Positions 59,927-64,000 of a stretch of DNA of 64,000 bases are shown here, in pieces; position 1 is the first letter of the stretch, and every line of letters begins with the position of its first letter. The stretch is from assembly GCA_916439305.1 (NCBI GenBank), contig CAKAIO010000004.1:308290-372289 (forward strand), in the 5' to 3' direction. The DNA comes from an uncultured Streptococcus sp. Its GTDB lineage: Bacteria; Bacillota; Bacilli; Lactobacillales; Streptococcaceae. The translations under genes and the position numbers were made by a program. The notes under the pieces are model-generated. The model had not been told where the DNA came from. It saw nothing but the letters and a program-made list of their open reading frames with translations, and made no database searches.

Positions 59927-61879
59927 AAATTCAAGATTTATTGAGAAAAGATGTCATGTTGCTTGATTTGCAAGCAACTGAAAAAAACAGCAGCTATCGA
60001 AGAAATGATTCATAGCTTGGTTGAGCATGGCTACGTGACAGATTTTGAAACCTTTAAAGAAGGAATCTTAGCGCGTGAAGCTTTGACTTCTACAGGCTTG
60101 GGCGACGGTATCGCTATGCCACACAGCAAAAATGCTGCTGTTAAGGAAGCAACAGTTCTCTTTGCTAAGTCAAACAAGGGTGTTGACTACGAAAGTTTAG
60201 ACGGGCAACCAACTGACCTCTTCTTTATGATTGCTGCTCCAGAAGGTGCCAATGATACTCACTTGGCTGCCTTGGCAGAATTGTCTCAATACTTGATGAA
60301 AGACGGATTTGCTGATAAACTTCGTCAAGTAACATCAGCTGATCAAGTCATTGAACTCTTTGACCAAGCTTCAGAAAAAGCTCAAGAACCAGTTCAAGCT
60401 CCTGTAAATGAATCTGGTGACTTTATCGTAGCAGTTACAGCTTGTACAACAGGAATTGCCCACACATACATGGCCCAAGAAGCTCTTCAAAAAGTGGCTG
60501 CGGAAATGGGTGTTGGTATCAAGGTTGAAACCAACGGTGCAAGTGGTGTTGGCAACAAATTGACAGCAGAAGATATCCGCAATGCCAAAGCTGTTATCAT
60601 TGCTGCAGATAAAGCAGTTGAGATGGATCGTTTCGATGGTAAACCATTGGTAAACCGTCCGGTTGCAGATGGTATTCGTAAGACAGAAGAATTGATCAAC
60701 TTGGCTCTTTCAGGGAATACTGAAGTCTATCGTGCTGCTAATGGAGCGCAAGCTTCAACAGCATCTAATGAAAAACAAAGTCTAGGTGGTGCCTTCTACA
60801 AACACTTGATGAGTGGTGTATCACAAATGTTGCCATTCGTTATTGGTGGTGGTATCATGATTGCCCTCGCCTTCTTGATTGATGGTGCTTTGGGGGTTCC
60901 AAATGAGAGCCTTGGAAATCTTGGTTCTTACCATGAACTCGCTTCTATGTTCATGAAAATCGGAGGTTCTGCCTTTGGTTTGATGTTGCCAGTATTTGCA
61001 GGATATGTTGCTTACTCAATCGCTGAAAAACCAGGTTTGGTAGCCGGTTTCGTAGCTGGTGCTATCGCTAAAGAAGGTTATGCCTTTGGTAAAATCCCTT
61101 ACGCTCAGGGTGGTGAAGCAACTTCAGCTCTTGCAGGAGTATCATCAGGTTTTCTTGGAGCCCTCGTAGGTGGATTTATCGCAGGTGCCTTGGTGCTCTT
61201 GGTTAAGAAATACGTGAAGGTTCCTCGCTCACTTGAAGGCGCTAAATCAATCCTTCTCTTACCACTTTTTGGAACAATCTTGACAGGCTTTGTCATGTTA
61301 GCTGTTAATATCCCAATGGCCGCAATCAACACTGGTATGAACAACTTCCTTGGTGGTCTTGAAGGTGGATCAGCTGTCCTTCTTGGAGTCGTTCTTGGAG
61401 GAATGATGGCTGTCGACATGGGTGGACCTGTCAATAAAGCAGCCTACGTCTTTGGTACTGGTACTCTTGCAGCAACAGTGGCAACAGGTGGTTCAGTAGC
61501 CATGGCAGCAGTTATGGCTGGAGGAATGGTTCCACCACTTGCAATCTTTGTGGCAACACTTCTCTTCAAGAATAAATTTACCAAAGAAGAACGTAACTCT
61601 GGTTTGACGAACATCGTTATGGGCTTGTCATTCATCACTGAAGGTGCGATTCCATTTGGTGCAGCAGACCCAGCTCGTGCTATCCCAAGCTTCATCCTTG
61701 GTTCAGCGGTAGCAGGTGGACTCGTTGGTCTTGCAAATATCAAACTCATGGCTCCTCACGGAGGAATCTTCGTTATCGCCCTTACTTCAAATGCTCTTCT
61801 TTACCTTGTCTTTGTCTTGGTAGGAGCAATTGTCAGTGGTGTAGTTTACGGTTACCTTCGTAAACCATTAGAAAAATAA
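59923..61879 (+). CDS. fruA: PTS fructose-specific EIIABC; frameshift near 59985
   Basis: GIAMPH (EIIA), CTTGIAHT (EIIB), DMGGPVNK and FITEGAIPF (EIIC). Confidence 0.95.
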
Positions 61880-61969
61880 TCACAAACAGATTCAAATGAC
61901 TGTGCGCGAAAGTGGGCAGTCATTTTTTTAACCTCTCGAAAAGTTTCTGAAATATGATATAATAGAAGC

Positions 61970-64000
61970 ATGGCAAACAAGAATACAACTAAAACAAGAC
62001 GAAGACCGTCTAAAGCAGAATTGGAAAGAAAACAAGCGATTCAACGAATGCTGATTTCTTTAGCTTTGGCTATCTGTTTAATTTTTGCAGCCCTCAAATG
62101 GGGAGCTGTCGGAATTACTGTTTATAACCTGATTCGCTTACTCGTCGGGAGTTTAGCATACTTAGCTATTTTCTCTCTCTTAATCTATCTATTCTTCTTT
62201 AAATGGATTCATAAACAAGAAGGCTTGCTAGCAGGTTTCTTCTTTATTTTTGCAGGCTTGCTCCTCATCTTTCAAGCTTATCTTGTCTGGAAGCTTAGCA
62301 TGGCAAATGCTGTTTTTCAAGGAACGATTGGACAAATCTTTAAGGATTTAACTAGCTTTCAAGTGACCAGCTTTGCAGGCGGAGGTGTGATTGGGAGTGG
62401 TCTCTACATTCCGATAGCCTTTTTGTTTTCAAACATTGGCACCTATTTCATAGGGGCAATCTTAATCCTAATCGGAGCTCTTTTAATGAGTCCATGGTCT
62501 ATCTATGATATCGCTGATTTCTTTCAGCTCGATTTGCTATCTGGATGGAGCGCCGTGAACAGAAAAAACAAGAGCGCTTTATCAAGCGTGAAGAGGAAAA
62601 GGCACGAAGAGAAGCAGAAGAGCAAGCAAGACTTGAAAAAGAAAGAGAAGAGCAGGCTTTGCTTGACATGCGGCCTGTAGATATGGAAACTGGAGAAATC
62701 TTATCAGACGAACCACTGCAAGAATTTCCTCCACTTCCAGAGGAGGAATGGGTAGAACCTGAGATTATTCTCCCGCAAGCTGATTTTGATTACCCTGAAG
62801 AAGGGGACTATCCAGAGGAAGAAGTTTCCTCTGAAGAAGATGATAATGACGAAGAGGTAGAAGTAGATTTTTCTGCTAAAAAGGCGTTGGAGTATAAGCT
62901 TCCAAGCTTGCAACTCTTTGCACCTGATAAACCAAAAGATCAGTCAACAGAAAAGAAAATCGTTCGAGAAAATATTAAAATTTTGGAAGAGACCTTCGCA
63001 AGTTTTGGTATTAAAGTGACTGTAGAAAGAGCAGAAATCGGTCCGTCGGTGACCAAGTATGAGGTTAAACCTGCAGTTGGTGTCCGTGTTAATCGTATTT
63101 CAAACCTAGCAGACGACTTGGCTTTGGCTTTGGCTGCTAAAGATGTCCGTATCGAAGCACCGATTCCAGGGAAATCCTTGGTAGGTATCGAAGTTCCTAA
63201 CTCGGAAATTGCAACTGTATCCTTCCGTGAGCTTTGGGAACAATCTCAAACAAAACCTGAAAATCTTTTAGAAATTCCTCTTGGGAAGGCCGTTAACGGA
63301 ACAGCTCGTAGTTTTGATTTGGCAAAAATGCCTCACTTGCTAGTGGCCGGTTCTACAGGTTCTGGTAAATCCGTTGCAGTTAATGGAATTATTGCGAGTA
63401 TTTTGATGAAGGCTCGCCCTGATCAGGTTAAGTTTATGATGGTGGACCCTAAGATGGTTGAGCTTTCAGTATACAACGATATCCCTCATCTCTTGATTCC
63501 AGTTGTGACCAACCCTCGTAAGGCCAGCAAGGCCCTTCAAAAAGTCGTTGATGAGATGGAAAACCGCTATGAACTTTTCGCCAAAGTCGGAGTTCGAAAT
63601 ATTGCTGGTTTCAATGCTAAGGTTGAGGAATTTAACGCTCAATCAGAGTATAAACAAGTACCTCTACCTTTAATCGTCGTGATTGTGGATGAGTTGGCTG
63701 ACCTCATGATGGTTGCTAGCAAGGAAGTAGAAGATGCCATTATCCGACTTGGACAAAAGGCGCGTGCAGCTGGTATTCACATGATTCTTGCAACCCAGCG
63801 TCCTTCAGTGGATGTTATCTCCGGTTTGATTAAGGCAAATGTGCCGTCACGTGTAGCCTTCGCTGTTTCTTCAGGAACAGATTCACGTACGATTTTGGAT
63901 GAAAATGGTGCGGAGAAGTTGCTTGGTCGAGGGGATATGCTCTTTAAGCCAATTGATGAAAACCATCCTGTTCGTCTCCAAGGTTCCTTTATCTCAGATG
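61970..64000 (+). CDS. ftsK: DNA translocase FtsK/SpoIIIE; frameshift near 62522; runs off window end
   Basis: N-terminal TMs; downstream frame has [31 protein letters not shown] and ATQRPS. Confidence 0.95.

Noticed and set aside
59830..60015. Apparent in-frame FruK-FruA fusion
   Set aside because: It lies in an indel-dense patch; a single indel restores the usual ATGA stop/start overlap.

Overview
A 64-kb, low-GC chromosomal segment from a viridans-type Streptococcus. Gene content and order resemble the mitis/parasanguinis group; the species cannot be determined here. It is mostly core genome: guaA, metK, clpE, folD, dinG, rodA, gyrB, ezrA, pgdA, infC-rpmI-rplT, dnaE-pfkA-pyk, plsC, trmK, galE, cmk, pdxST, trxB, rlmB, def, fruRKA and ftsK. 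RNA elements are tmRNA, tRNA-Thr(GGT), tRNA-Ser(GGA), a SAM-III (SMK) riboswitch, an L20 leader and a probable asd/MarS-type sRNA. Many genes, including essential ones, are broken by 1-bp indels, often in homopolymers. This looks like uncorrected sequencing error rather than pseudogenisation. There is no intact integrase, transposase, prophage, CRISPR array or defence system. The most unusual region is the ~2.5-kb interval between the convergent 3' ends of tmRNA and tRNA-Ser. It holds mntH plus an upstream diverged copy of the mntH promoter and first 16 codons, fused to an unrelated DKSKDA-repeat ORF and preceded by four copies of a TTAAG-N4-CTTAA operator-like palindrome. Identifications come from motif recognition and recalled synteny, not database searches.
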